Source of the DNA: Candidatus Latescibacterota bacterium
GTDB taxonomy: Bacteria; Latescibacterota; UBA2968; UBA8231
Assembly: GCA_965248265.1 (NCBI GenBank)
Contig: CBDFJF010000001.1
Coordinates: forward strand, 1,888,001-1,952,000
Direction: 5' to 3'
Length of the DNA: 64,000 nucleotides
In this document: positions 49,588 to 59,541 of the stretch, one piece after another
How the letters are laid out: each line of letters starts with the position of its first letter
Numbering within the stretch: the first letter of the stretch is position 1
Made by a program: the position numbers and the translations under genes
The notes under the pieces: generated by a model
What the model saw: the letters and a program-made list of their open reading frames with translations, nothing else
The model's database searches: none
What the model was told of the DNA's origin: nothing

Positions 49588-50520
49588 TCAGTCGGTCTTC
49601 AAGTGGGTGTAGGTCTCTTCGAGACCGAATTCCGTGTAATGAACAATGGCCTTGTCCACACCCTCAACCAACGGGGTACTCGTCTTCCAGTCGAAGTCCT
49701 TATTGGTTTCCGTGGGGTCGATGAGAATGGTCTCCACGTCGTCCTCGCCACGCTCGCGGTGCTCTACCGGCGTGTCTTCCGGCAGACCCATAGCCTTGAC
49801 CGTGGCGGCGAACAGTTCGGGAATGGCGTAATCGGAGCCACTGGAAACATGGTACGGGCCCTTGCGGCCAGTGCCACTGATGGCCTTCATGACCACGTCC
49901 ACCAGGTCTTGCACGTAGATGAAATCCCGGCGGGTGTTCGTCACGAAACAGCCCTTGTTCTGCCCCAGGCGTTGAAAGAAAGTGGGCAACGGACCGGAGA
50001 CGTTGCGGGGGCCATAGGCGTTGGCCAGACGAAACGAGATCCAGTCCAGGTTGCTCATGGCGATGTACTGCTCACCGGCGGTTTTGCTGTAGGCATAGCT
50101 GGAACCCTCGGGACGGATCGGGTGACCCAACGTGATGGGCTGTTCCAGCGGCTTGAGCCCGTAGCACAGCGCCGTCTGAAAGTAGATGAAGCGGTTCACG
50201 TCTGTGGCCTCGGCGGCGCGCACACAGTTGACGGTGCCTGTGACGTTGGTGAGGGCATCTTCCTTCCAATCCTCCGGATCCTTGTAAGCTGCAGCAGCAT
50301 GCGCCACCACCTCTGGTTTGAACCGGCCGAAGAGGTCATCCACCAACGCCACATCGGCGATGGTACCCTCAACGACTTCCAAACGGTCGTGAGGCGCGAG
50401 ATTGTCACGCCGCCCAGTGTTGTAGTTGTCGATCACGAGGACCTCATTCCCCTCGTGAAGCAGACGATCCGCCAGGTGGGACCCGATAAAGCCGGCGCCA
50501 CCGGTGATGAGAACTTTCAT
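49588..50520 (-). CDS. wbmH: SDR nucleotide-sugar reductase/epimerase, WbmH-like
   Basis: AAAYKDPEDW, YFQTALCYG, GPRNVSGPLPTFFQRL, YTHLK. Confidence 0.8.
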   Translation of the reverse strand: MKVLITGGAGFIGSHLADRLLHEGNEVLVIDNYNTGRRDNLAPHDRLEVVEGTIADVALVDDLFGRFKPEVVAHAAAAYKDPEDWKEDALTNVTGTVNCVRAAEATDVNRFIYFQTALCYGLKPLEQPITLGHPIRPEGSSYAYSKTAGEQYIAMSNLDWISFRLANAYGPRNVSGPLPTFFQRLGQNKGCFVTNTRRDFIYVQDLVDVVMKAISGTGRKGPYHVSSGSDYAIPELFAATVKAMGLPEDTPVEHRERGEDDVETILIDPTETNKDFDWKTSTPLVEGVDKAIVHYTEFGLEETYTHLKTD

Positions 50521-50646
50521 GTTACCTCCGTGCGCCGGTCAAACCGGCGTGATGTTGGATGTGGAACCATCTGTGTTTACGGCTTGCCCCAAACCACCGC
50601 CGCTGCAGAGATGACGCACACGCGAAGCATGGGGAAGCGTAGTGAA

Positions 50647-51480
50647 CTATTTGACGAGATGTGCATACAGATCGAGACCGGCAATCGGTCCGACCGTAAC
50701 CAGAGAAAGCCGCCTGACCCAGGGTCCCAGAACATTAAGGGGACCGGGGCTGGCGTTTTCCTTGTAGATTCTCACGGATGAAAAGGCGGCGCAGTATTCC
50801 TTCAACCGGCGCGCCGATACGAACTCGGTAGCCGGCGCTGCCGTCCCGGCGGCGTTGCTGTCGTAGCCGCCGCGAACCTCTGATGGTGCGATCAATGCCT
50901 CGGGGTTTTTCTTCCGCTCATGCCTGAGCTGCCTGAGGGTGTCACGCGGATAACGCAACCAGCGTAGATAGGAGTGCCCGTTGTAAACCATGACGATTGC
51001 GGAGCCACCGGGCTTGAGGATCCGATGAGTTTCGCTCAGTGCGCCGCCCAGGTCTCCAGTATGGTGAAAACAGCCGATGGCAACGACATGGTCGAAGGTG
51101 TCGTCTTCGAACGGCGCATCGAGAATGCTCCCCTGCCTTGCGTCTCCTTGGAGATCGTTGGATTTCAGCCGATGATTCACCATCGACACGGGGCCCGAGG
51201 CGATGTCCAATCCCGTGTAAATGGCGCCTTCGAAAGCCAGATGTTGAGCAACCGTTCCGTAGCCGAGACCGACCTCAAGCACTCTTTTGCCCTTAGCATT
51301 CTCGAAATCGATGTGACGTCTGAGATAGGGGTAGATGTTGAAGTACCATGCATCGAAGCGAGCCAGCGCGGCGGGGGATGCGTCCGTAACCCCCAGCGAA
51401 CGCGCGGCACGGGAACCGCACAGCTCGTCCCAGAATTCCTCATTCGCCTTGTCGATGTCCATGTGCGCGCTCACTTCCAC
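50647..51480 (-). CDS. Class I SAM-dependent methyltransferase
   Basis: VLEVGLGYG, GCFHHTG, LKPGG. Confidence 0.88.
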   Translation of the reverse strand: MEVSAHMDIDKANEEFWDELCGSRAARSLGVTDASPAALARFDAWYFNIYPYLRRHIDFENAKGKRVLEVGLGYGTVAQHLAFEGAIYTGLDIASGPVSMVNHRLKSNDLQGDARQGSILDAPFEDDTFDHVVAIGCFHHTGDLGGALSETHRILKPGGSAIVMVYNGHSYLRWLRYPRDTLRQLRHERKKNPEALIAPSEVRGGYDSNAAGTAAPATEFVSARRLKEYCAAFSSVRIYKENASPGPLNVLGPWVRRLSLVTVGPIAGLDLYAHLVK

Positions 51481-51507
51481 AGATTCCTTCGAGTTTGTAT
51501 CACACCA

Positions 51508-52623
51508 TCAAATCTGTTCTTTACACCAGGCGACCATGCGGTCCACTACTTTCTCTCCGGCGTGGCCATCTCCAAAGATCGAGGGACGCGCCTTGCCGAC
51601 GGTACTGGTCTGCAACGCCTCCGCTGCTTCGATGATGCGCTCGGCACACCCTCCTGTCACGATGTTCCAACCCACCTCCACTGTTTCCACCCATTCTGTC
51701 TCATCCCTCATAGTCACGCAGGGAACTCCCAGAAAGTAGGCCTCCTTTTGAACGCCTCCCGAGTCGGTAAGGATGACTCGCGCATTGGCCTCCAGTTCGA
51801 CCATCTCCGGATATCCGACTGGCTCCAGGCTGATAAAGCGATCCCCAAGCACGACGCCAATGCTTTCGAGCTTGTGCCGGGTGCGCGGGTGCAGCGGAAG
51901 GACCACAGGGGCCTCGAGCGTTGACAGCCCCTCCACTATGTTCGCAAGCCTGCCGGAGTCATCCGTGTTCTCGGGCCGATGAATGGTCGCCAGATAGTAG
52001 GGCACGGCCTCACCCCCATCCTCACGTAGGCCGAGGCGCTCAAGCACACCCGCCTTGTCACAGCCGCCTGATACAAACTGCATGGTGCAATCGAGCATGA
52101 CATCCCCGACGTTGGCAACGCCGTCCACAATCCCCTCCCGAGTGAGGTTGTCAACCGCTGTCTGGGTAGGGCATAAACACAGTGTGGAAATGTGATCGGT
52201 GATGACCCGGTTCACCTCCTCTGGCATCCGCCTGTTGAAGCTCCTCAGACCTGCCTCCACATGAGCTATGGGGACATGCAACTTGCTCGCGGCAATTGCC
52301 CCCGCGAGCGTGGAGTTGGTGTCTCCGTAGAGGAGGACCAGGTCTGGACGGTGTGCCTGAAGGGTTTGCTCCAGAGCCGCCAGCATGGCACCGGTTTGCT
52401 GGCCGTGCGATCCTGAACCTACACCGAGATTCTCTGTCACCGGTCGCATGCACAGATCTCGGAAGAATACGTCAGACATGTTGGCATCGTAATGCTGACC
52501 GGTGTGAATCAACACCTCGTCGATTTCGGTGCCTTGCACCGCATTGCGGGCATCAATGGCAGCCGAAACTACGGCAGCCTTCACGAATTGCGGGCGCGCA
52601 CCGACCACGGTCAGAACCCTCAC
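51508..52623 (-). CDS. wecB: Non-hydrolysing UDP-N-acetylglucosamine 2-epimerase (WecB; WbpI/WlbD-type)
   Basis: VGARPQFVKA, HTGQHYD, GDTNST, HVEAGLRS, TDSGGVQKEA. Confidence 0.9.
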   Translation of the reverse strand: MRVLTVVGARPQFVKAAVVSAAIDARNAVQGTEIDEVLIHTGQHYDANMSDVFFRDLCMRPVTENLGVGSGSHGQQTGAMLAALEQTLQAHRPDLVLLYGDTNSTLAGAIAASKLHVPIAHVEAGLRSFNRRMPEEVNRVITDHISTLCLCPTQTAVDNLTREGIVDGVANVGDVMLDCTMQFVSGGCDKAGVLERLGLREDGGEAVPYYLATIHRPENTDDSGRLANIVEGLSTLEAPVVLPLHPRTRHKLESIGVVLGDRFISLEPVGYPEMVELEANARVILTDSGGVQKEAYFLGVPCVTMRDETEWVETVEVGWNIVTGGCAERIIEAAEALQTSTVGKARPSIFGDGHAGEKVVDRMVAWCKEQI

Positions 52624-52656
52624 CGGACCCGCCTGTCCGTGGAAGCAGACAACATT

Positions 52657-54567
52657 CTATTGCGGACAATACTTGAATTCATTCGCTTTGTCGTGAAATT
52701 CCTGCTGCCACAACTCCAGGCACAGGAGGCCCCAAGTCTTTCTCCCAAACTGTGATTCATTGACAATCTGATCCAGCACTACCCGATTGTTAATCAACGT
52801 CCGGTTTTGAGCGCGCTCGGAGGAGAAAACGTCGTGGACGAAGTTGCGCGCATCACCCTGCAACCACTGGGTCAGAGGTGTGGGGAAGCCCATTTTGTCC
52901 TCGCGTTTGGTGATTACTTCTGGTAGAAGGGGTTGGGCCACCTGCTGAAAAATATGCTTCATCGTTCCGTCTTTGAACTTGATGTTCGACGGGATGGTTG
53001 CGCACAATTCAACCAGCGGGTGGTCCAGTAAGGGAACACGCGACTCGAGACCATGTGCCATACTCATACGGTCCTCGACCTGCAACAGTGCCGGTAGCAA
53101 TGTCTTAAAGTCGAAGTGCGTCATCTGATCAAAGTATGACTCCTTTTCGACGTTATCCCCATTGAAGATCGTCCTGAATGTCTCAAGAGGAGAATAATCC
53201 CCCAGCAACGACCAACGAATCTCATCCTGCAGGCTAGAGGCACGATTAACCAGGCGGAAGTAACGCCGGTCCATGTCCTCAAACAGACCCTCTCGCCAGA
53301 ACTCCTGAAGGAGCGGTTTGTAGTTTCGCAGCGCCGTCAAGTTGGGAATGATCGATTCATAGGTGACGACGAACTCACCGCTATCCTTCGTGCCATCTAT
53401 GGCCCCTCTTATACACTGTTCAAAGTAGGCGATGAGATAACGAGTATAGCCTCCAAAGATTTCGTCCCCACCCTGTCCGCCCAGCACCACCTTTCGATGG
53501 CGAGCAGCTAGCTCAGACACCATGTACTGCGGAAACGCCCCCGGCCCTGCGACCGGGTAGTCCAGGTGATAGATCACCCTTCGAATGTGGTTCATGAAGT
53601 CGTCGACTTTGATGTCAACCTCCAACAGGTCGAACCCTCGTTCTTCTGCAAGGGCACGCGCATAGCGGCTTTCATCGTACTGCGAACCATAGGTACCGAA
53701 TTTGCCGGTGAATCCCAGCATGTCCCCATCATGTTGCTCGTGCGTTGCCAAACTTGCGATCGTGCTTGAATCCAGCCCACCACTGACGTAAGCCCCTACA
53801 GGAACATCGCTGCGCAGGTGTAGCTTGACGGAGTCTGTCAGCAGCCCTCGAAGCTCGTCCTCGAAGTACTGAGCCGTGTGGCGCCAATCCAGCTCGTAAT
53901 ACACCTCCCAGTATCTCCTGACATCCAGCACACCTCCTGCTACCCGCAACAGATGAGCGGGGAGTAACTCACGGACGTTCTTGAACAACGTCTTGCCGTC
54001 CAGGCAAAACTGGAAAGCCAGATAATCCTTCAGGCCTTCGAGATCTGTCTCAACATCGTCAACGAAGGGCAGGAGAACCTTTACTTCGGAGGCAAAGTAG
54101 AAAACGTCCCCGACGATAGTGTAGTAGAACGGCTTGATCCCGAAGCGGTCTCGGGCACAAAACAGGGTCCCGTCCTGCTCGTCCCACAGGGCAAAGGCAA
54201 ACATGCCGCGGAAATGATTAACACACTCCTGTCCCCATTTGCGATAGGCATGCAGAATGACCTCAGTGTCTGAGGTCGTAACGAAGTTCTCAGGACCGAT
54301 CTCCTCGCGAAGTTCGAGATAGTTGTAGATTTCTCCGTTGTAGGTCACCCAGTTACCACCAGCATCACACATCGGTTGCTCACCCGTGGTCAAGTCAATG
54401 ATGCTCAACCGTCGATGTGAAAAACCGACGTGCGCCCTTGGATGAACCCACAGACCCTCGCCATCCGGCCCGCGATGACGCGAAAGACGATTCGCCAGTG
54501 CCAGTTGCCCTTCCAGATTGGCGATTGGTTCCGACCTAAGTGACAATGCGCCTGCAATACCGCACAT
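52657..54567 (-). CDS. asnB: Asparagine synthase-like glutamine amidotransferase (sugar amidation, WbmI/WbpS-like)
   Basis: MCGIAG, HRGPDG, HRRLSIID, NGEIYN, SGGLDSS, GQGGDE, ESRVP. Confidence 0.9.
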   Translation of the reverse strand: MCGIAGALSLRSEPIANLEGQLALANRLSRHRGPDGEGLWVHPRAHVGFSHRRLSIIDLTTGEQPMCDAGGNWVTYNGEIYNYLELREEIGPENFVTTSDTEVILHAYRKWGQECVNHFRGMFAFALWDEQDGTLFCARDRFGIKPFYYTIVGDVFYFASEVKVLLPFVDDVETDLEGLKDYLAFQFCLDGKTLFKNVRELLPAHLLRVAGGVLDVRRYWEVYYELDWRHTAQYFEDELRGLLTDSVKLHLRSDVPVGAYVSGGLDSSTIASLATHEQHDGDMLGFTGKFGTYGSQYDESRYARALAEERGFDLLEVDIKVDDFMNHIRRVIYHLDYPVAGPGAFPQYMVSELAARHRKVVLGGQGGDEIFGGYTRYLIAYFEQCIRGAIDGTKDSGEFVVTYESIIPNLTALRNYKPLLQEFWREGLFEDMDRRYFRLVNRASSLQDEIRWSLLGDYSPLETFRTIFNGDNVEKESYFDQMTHFDFKTLLPALLQVEDRMSMAHGLESRVPLLDHPLVELCATIPSNIKFKDGTMKHIFQQVAQPLLPEVITKREDKMGFPTPLTQWLQGDARNFVHDVFSSERAQNRTLINNRVVLDQIVNESQFGRKTWGLLCLELWQQEFHDKANEFKYCPQ

Positions 54568-54582
54568 ATGATCAGCTTTCCT

Positions 54583-55872
54583 TCATTGGCGCTGGCCTTG
54601 AACCCTTGCTCGCACCAGGTGCCAAAACCCCAATCCCCTGGCAATCCGCCTTGCGTTCCACAGCACGGCGACCACTACCCACGACGATTCATCACATATC
54701 CTGCATAATAACTGACATGCCTTGATCTCAAATGAACCCTTACCCACCGATTTCATCGCCCCGCGTTTTCCAAAACAGCACATGAGAATGAATTCAACGA
54801 GCCTCTCATAAGAGTATCTTCCCGACGCAACAATATCCTGGTAAGCCTTTCCAGTAATCCTGTCCCTGTCCTCGTCCTTCACGATCCTGTCCATCACCTG
54901 CGCGATATTGCTGAAGTCTCGTTTCAACTCTATGTAATGTTCATCTGCGACAAGAATCCCGTTGTACTCTCCTTCGATTAATACCTGACACGTTCTCGTG
55001 GCACAGGCCTCCAGATGCCTCGGAGTGATCGCAGTGTAGTGGATGGACCCATCCAGACCAGGAAATATTGCCGCCTCGATTTCATCGAAACTAGCGTGTC
55101 GATTACCTGCTGTGAAGTCCGTTGTCCTCTTGCGCAATGTGCCATCCCTATCCATGACACTCGCCCCCCCCTCAACGCCAATCGTATATTTACATTCGCA
55201 CAAGAACTTGTACCACTCATCGCCCAAAAAAACATCGTCCGGCGAATTCGAGATATCTGAAACCAACCGATACTCGCTTGCGTACTTATTGAATAGGTCA
55301 GTCAGTTGAACCTTTAACATGGCGTGTTTACCCATACACGCAACGACTGGTCTTGCTCTGTACCCAATATGGATACGTCGCTCATCAATGGTTCGTCGAA
55401 TGTTCTCGATTGCCGTTATATCCTCGGACGTTAGATATCCTGTCAGAATCCTGAAAAATGAGACCCGCTCACGATCGACGTTGTTGTACAGCACACGCCA
55501 CTGATGCTCCGCCGCCGGGGTAAACACATAGTTCACGCCAAATTCATTGACAAACTCGCAGAGCGCGTCTGTCTCGCGGTGCTCATCCTGTGGCATAATA
55601 ACCTTGACGGCCGCGGATTCCTTCAAGTGTTGGACTCTCTTGAGCAGCCTCTTGTGTTTGTTACGGTGATCTCGGAGTGAAAAAAACGTGTGGTTGAACA
55701 CGATGAGATCAAATCGAATCTTTCTGAAATGCCAGGGAATGTGTCTGGCAGCCAGGTTGACATGGAAGCAGTAGTGACTTGAGCTATTGTTGAGGAAATA
55801 GAGATAGTTTTTCACGCTCTTCCGTAGGGGAAACTCACCCCTGTAATAGGACAAGATCAAAATTCTATACAT
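54583..55872 (-). CDS. Putative glycosyltransferase-like protein, paralog of 47222..48502
   Basis: Start MYRILIL; PQDEH, LTGYL, IGYR, GVEGG, TPRHLE, EGEYNG; lower GC. Confidence 0.7.
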   Translation of the reverse strand: MYRILILSYYRGEFPLRKSVKNYLYFLNNSSSHYCFHVNLAARHIPWHFRKIRFDLIVFNHTFFSLRDHRNKHKRLLKRVQHLKESAAVKVIMPQDEHRETDALCEFVNEFGVNYVFTPAAEHQWRVLYNNVDRERVSFFRILTGYLTSEDITAIENIRRTIDERRIHIGYRARPVVACMGKHAMLKVQLTDLFNKYASEYRLVSDISNSPDDVFLGDEWYKFLCECKYTIGVEGGASVMDRDGTLRKRTTDFTAGNRHASFDEIEAAIFPGLDGSIHYTAITPRHLEACATRTCQVLIEGEYNGILVADEHYIELKRDFSNIAQVMDRIVKDEDRDRITGKAYQDIVASGRYSYERLVEFILMCCFGKRGAMKSVGKGSFEIKACQLLCRICDESSWVVVAVLWNARRIARGLGFWHLVRARVQGQRQ

Positions 55873-55880
55873 GCGACCGC

Positions 55881-56090
55881 TCATCCACGGTCCGACTCCA
55901 GCTCCACCGGAAAGCCCCCCTGCTCCAACGACCGCTGTACCGCCTGCAACACGCGGCACTCGCAGCCAATCCTGGCCGTCGCTACTGGGTTTGGCTTGAG
56001 CGCGAACACAGTCGACGAGTGCTGGCACTCGAGCTTGAGCGGCTCGTCCATGTGGATGTGCGGTATCACCACGTCACCAAACCGTCCATC
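55881..56090 (-). pseudogene. 3' remnant of a Gfo/Idh/MocA oxidoreductase
   Basis: GDVVIPHIHMDEPLKLECQH, VDCVR..PSSDGQD and RVLQAVQRSLEQGGFPVEL across frameshifts. Confidence 0.65.
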
Positions 56091-56204
56091 ACGAACTGCT
56101 CCCGTTTTGGGCACTCTGCTGCTCAGCGATCCTTTGGTTTCGTGTGTCATGCAGTGGTAGGGGATGATAGGGGCGCTTATGTGCAGGCAGCATCAGATGA
56201 AAAG

Positions 56205-56606
56205 TCAGAACCCCATTCGATCGGCTGCCGCCTGCAGGGCCGAATCGGCAGTGATAAGCCTTGCCCGGTGCTTCTCGGCCAACGCCAGGAAAAGCGCATC
56301 GTAGACGGTCAAGCTAGCGCGAGGCGCTATCTTGCAGGCTGAGGTGAGGATGTCCGAGTGAGGCGTGATTCTCAGGGGCAACGACAGGATATGAGTGATA
56401 AGCAGCTCGACATCCTCGTCGGTCAACAGGTGCGCGAGTCTCTTTTTGTGCAAGACTTGACCGGCTTCCGCGAGTATGAGATCGGGGGCGAGCAGGGCGT
56501 CCTCGCCCCGTTCCGCAGATAGTATGGCTCGCTCCATTGTCTCCGGTAGGGGACCGTCCGGTACGAACAACCGGATGAGAGCCGAGGTATCTACCACCCA
56601 GATCAT
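56205..56606 (-). CDS. vapC: PIN-domain toxin (VapC/FitB)
   Basis: VVDTSAL, LAE, YDALFLALA, LITAD. Confidence 0.92.
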   Translation of the reverse strand: MIWVVDTSALIRLFVPDGPLPETMERAILSAERGEDALLAPDLILAEAGQVLHKKRLAHLLTDEDVELLITHILSLPLRITPHSDILTSACKIAPRASLTVYDALFLALAEKHRARLITADSALQAAADRMGF

Positions 56607-56833
56607 CGTTGACGATCTTCACGGATCTCTGCAGGGATATCGCCCCACGCTCGGTCCTTGAGTTTTTCTCTCCATTCACGGGCCACTGACACGTGGCCTC
56701 CGCCGGCCAGGCTGACTTCTCGTTGAAGAATCAATTTGATCTGCTCCTGCATGCTTCGACGATTTGATTTCGCCATTTCCCGAAGCCCTTGGTAGGTTGC
56801 CGTGTCTACACCCCGGATCGTCAGCGACTTCAT
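56603..56833 (-). CDS. Ribbon-helix-helix antitoxin (FitA/VapB-like)
   Basis: MKSLTIRGVD..LREMAKSNRRSM..IREDR; ATGA overlap with the toxin gene. Confidence 0.88.
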   Translation of the reverse strand: MKSLTIRGVDTATYQGLREMAKSNRRSMQEQIKLILQREVSLAGGGHVSVAREWREKLKDRAWGDIPAEIREDRQR

Positions 56834-56848
56834 TTGATGCTCCAATAC

Positions 56849-56869
56849 ATGAATGCATTATGCTTTCAT
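56849..56869. promoter_or_regulatory. Inverted repeat, likely TA autoregulatory operator
   Basis: ATGAATGCAT-T-ATGCTTTCAT (1 mismatch) just upstream of the antitoxin RBS. Confidence 0.55.
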
Positions 56870-57050
56870 ATCTATGGTGCAATAATAGATGCTTTTCTGT
56901 TCATGGGCAACCGGCGCAAATCCTGAGGTCTCCTTCACCTCGATCGCTCATCTACGGTCCGACTCCAGCTCCACGGGAATGCCCTCCTGACTAATATCCT
57001 ATACATGCTGCCTCATGGGTTCCGCCAAGGTGCTCTTGGGGTCGGCGCGT

Positions 57051-57179
57051 TCTCAGTCTCAGCCAGGCGCTTGGTCGCTCCCATGACGCTCGTAGGCCGC
57101 ACAGCCTTGTCAGTCGAGGTCAGTACGAAGCGCTCAACACCATGACGCAGAGCGCTCCGTGCCATGGAACATTACCTAG
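57051..57179 (-). repeat. Duplicated internal fragment of the pglF/capD gene
   Basis: Matches 63441-63570 with 3 mismatches in the first 121 bp. Confidence 0.95.
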
Positions 57180-57466
57180 CAGCTAGGTGCAGCAGGCACT
57201 GGAGCAGGTTGACTTCATCGTCATCTGTAATGACAGCTGACTAGCGACAATCATAACTGCCGGAATGAAAAACGTATTGACGCCGGACAGACAGCCGCGA
57301 CAAATACGGCCGCTACCTCAGTGACCTCTTCTACTGCCAGGTTCGACCAATCCCGCCGCAGTGCTCGCTGATGGATTCTTCCTCACCGCCAGCTCCAGGT
57401 TGCGCGGCCCTGCCGTGCCTGAGTCATTCGTTGCGGCCATGAGAAGATCAGAACGACGACCGCCGC

Positions 57467-58432
57467 TCATTTCTCCAGCTTTATAGACCGCGCCTGGTCC
57501 AGGGAGACGGGTTTGGCCAACCACCCCAAAGCCCCTATTACTCCACCGGCGACATAGAAGGTCACGAATATCAGGAAGGCGAATCCAAGCGCCCGCTCGT
57601 ACTCCACTCCACAGCTCCCCAAGTAGGCGACAATAGCTGCTTCGCGCGTGCCAATACCTGATATCGACAAAGGCAGCAGCGTGACAAGACTGCCCAATGC
57701 CACGGCAAAGCTGATGGGAAAAAACCCGACTTCAATACCTATGGATAAAGCGACAAGATGGCACTGCCAGAAAAAGACGGTATAGGCCATTATGGTCAGA
57801 ACGATACAGGCGACCAAGGAGGTTACCGGCAATACCTTCAAACCGCCCCGCAAATCGCGCACCAAACTCTCGGGGCCGAAGAGGCGTGCGCCCCCCCTGC
57901 CAAGGCGGCTCCCCAGGCGGCTGATCCAGGTGAAGGCCTCGTCTGACAGAAGCGCAACGAGCAAACCGGTCAACCCCATGACGGCCGCGACGATTCCCAA
58001 CCACGCGTTGTGATCCCCGGCGGCGGTCAGCATCAACGCGAGCCCACCTACTCCCAAGAGCATATACAGATCGAAGATGCGGTCCGCCAGAACAGAGGAA
58101 AACGCCCTGCCGATCGAAACGCGGCAGTCCTGTTTAACGTGAAAGGCCTTGACCAACTCCCCAAGGCGGCCAGGTGTCAGCAGCCCTAGGAAAATACTGC
58201 CGGAATACGCCAGTCCGGCCTTCCAAACACCATAACATATCCCCTGGGCCAAGAGCAGTGTTTTCCAGCGCACAACTTTCAAAGACAGTTGGGGAATATT
58301 TAAAAAAATAGCCACGACCAGGTACCACGACGCATCTGCTATGGTGCTTACCAGATGCCCAAGGTCGACGCGGCTGAGCAGAAAACCGAGTAGTAGAACG
58401 CCGACGAGCCGTAACAGGGAAGAGCCTCTCAT
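57467..58432 (-). CDS. Lysylphosphatidylglycerol synthase TM / UPF0104 flippase-like protein
   Basis: RWKTLL, TPGRLGELVK, DRIFD, PLSISGIGTRE. Confidence 0.88.
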   Translation of the reverse strand: MRGSSLLRLVGVLLLGFLLSRVDLGHLVSTIADASWYLVVAIFLNIPQLSLKVVRWKTLLLAQGICYGVWKAGLAYSGSIFLGLLTPGRLGELVKAFHVKQDCRVSIGRAFSSVLADRIFDLYMLLGVGGLALMLTAAGDHNAWLGIVAAVMGLTGLLVALLSDEAFTWISRLGSRLGRGGARLFGPESLVRDLRGGLKVLPVTSLVACIVLTIMAYTVFFWQCHLVALSIGIEVGFFPISFAVALGSLVTLLPLSISGIGTREAAIVAYLGSCGVEYERALGFAFLIFVTFYVAGGVIGALGWLAKPVSLDQARSIKLEK

Positions 58433-58485
58433 TCAGCAGGATTATCTAGCTAGGCGTTTGTGCGCTTCCCGGACCGTACGACGCT

Positions 58486-59541
58486 TCACTCATGTTCTAG
58501 GGCGATTGCTACTGTGGGACCGGCATTGGAGGGATTGCGGAAAATCTCTCTGAGCGTTCTCAGATAGGAACTACTGACATTGTTTGGGTGCGCCGCGTAG
58601 TAGCCTTCTTCTTGAAACAGCCGGTAGATGTCGTGCAGCCTGTGGCGCGGCACCTGGGGAAAGAGATGGTGTTCATGATGGAAATTGAAATTGAAGGGGG
58701 CAAAGAGAAGTCTCTCTATCAACGATGGCAGAGTCGTCACCGTCATGCCTGTTTCGAAGGTGGTCCTCGCTATGAAGGGCTGTTCGAGTTTGCTCAAATC
58801 CCCGTAGCGGTACCCTCCGTGCTCGCCGACCAGCCGAATTCGATTGAGGAAACTTGTGACTGTGACCAGCGGCAAAATCCAGAAGACAAAATAGAACCAC
58901 CACTCGCTCCAAAAGAGGAACGCGCCTAAAACACCCACTTGCACCACGCCCAACAGGGCCAAAACCGCCAACTGGTCCTTGAGACTGTTAGGCGTGTTTT
59001 TCAGCTTTGAAGTGGAAGCCAACGTCTTTTCAAAGAAACGTTTGAACGCATATAATCCCGTCGATTCGACCACGAGGGCAGTGGCGATGAAACTGGCAAG
59101 CGTGGACTGCCGCGTCTCGTATTTTGGGTACTCGGGGTCTTCGTGGCGGCCGTACTCAACGTGATGCAACATGTGATATTTGCGGTAATTGCGGAGATTT
59201 AAAAAGATCAGAGGGGCAATTAGATTGCCCAGCAGTTCATTCAGCCATTTGGGGCTTAGAAGGGTATAGTGCGAGGCTTCGTGAATACCCACCGCAAGAT
59301 GGTAGAAGACAATGCCGTTCAGCAGGAAGACGGGCATCACCGCCACTCTCAAAGGCAGAGAATTGAGGCCCAATACCCCCGCGACCAATAAGGCGAACAG
59401 CGCCAGGACGTGTACGGCGGGACCTATGAACGGCGTCCGCCGGAACGAGATATCATCTTTGATGAGTTGCCGGGCACGCCTGTGGATTCCCGCGTCGCAA
59501 TCTCGACTGCCAGGCTGAACGGTCGTCGTGTCTTGGCGCAT
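58486..59541 (-). CDS. Membrane fatty acid desaturase family protein
   Basis: His boxes HEASH, HMLHH, EH and HHEHH; start ATG 59541 overlaps the upstream stop. Confidence 0.88.
   Translation of the reverse strand: MRQDTTTVQPGSRDCDAGIHRRARQLIKDDISFRRTPFIGPAVHVLALFALLVAGVLGLNSLPLRVAVMPVFLLNGIVFYHLAVGIHEASHYTLLSPKWLNELLGNLIAPLIFLNLRNYRKYHMLHHVEYGRHEDPEYPKYETRQSTLASFIATALVVESTGLYAFKRFFEKTLASTSKLKNTPNSLKDQLAVLALLGVVQVGVLGAFLFWSEWWFYFVFWILPLVTVTSFLNRIRLVGEHGGYRYGDLSKLEQPFIARTTFETGMTVTTLPSLIERLLFAPFNFNFHHEHHLFPQVPRHRLHDIYRLFQEEGYYAAHPNNVSSSYLRTLREIFRNPSNAGPTVAIALEHE

Noticed and set aside
49603-51924. Long plus-strand ORFs 49603..50781 and 50974..51924
   Set aside because: Antisense to well-supported wbmH-like, methyltransferase and epimerase genes.
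55873-56028. N-terminal extension of the 481-aa ORF
   Set aside because: This segment belongs to the frameshifted oxidoreductase remnant; the paralog alignment supports a start at MYRILIL.
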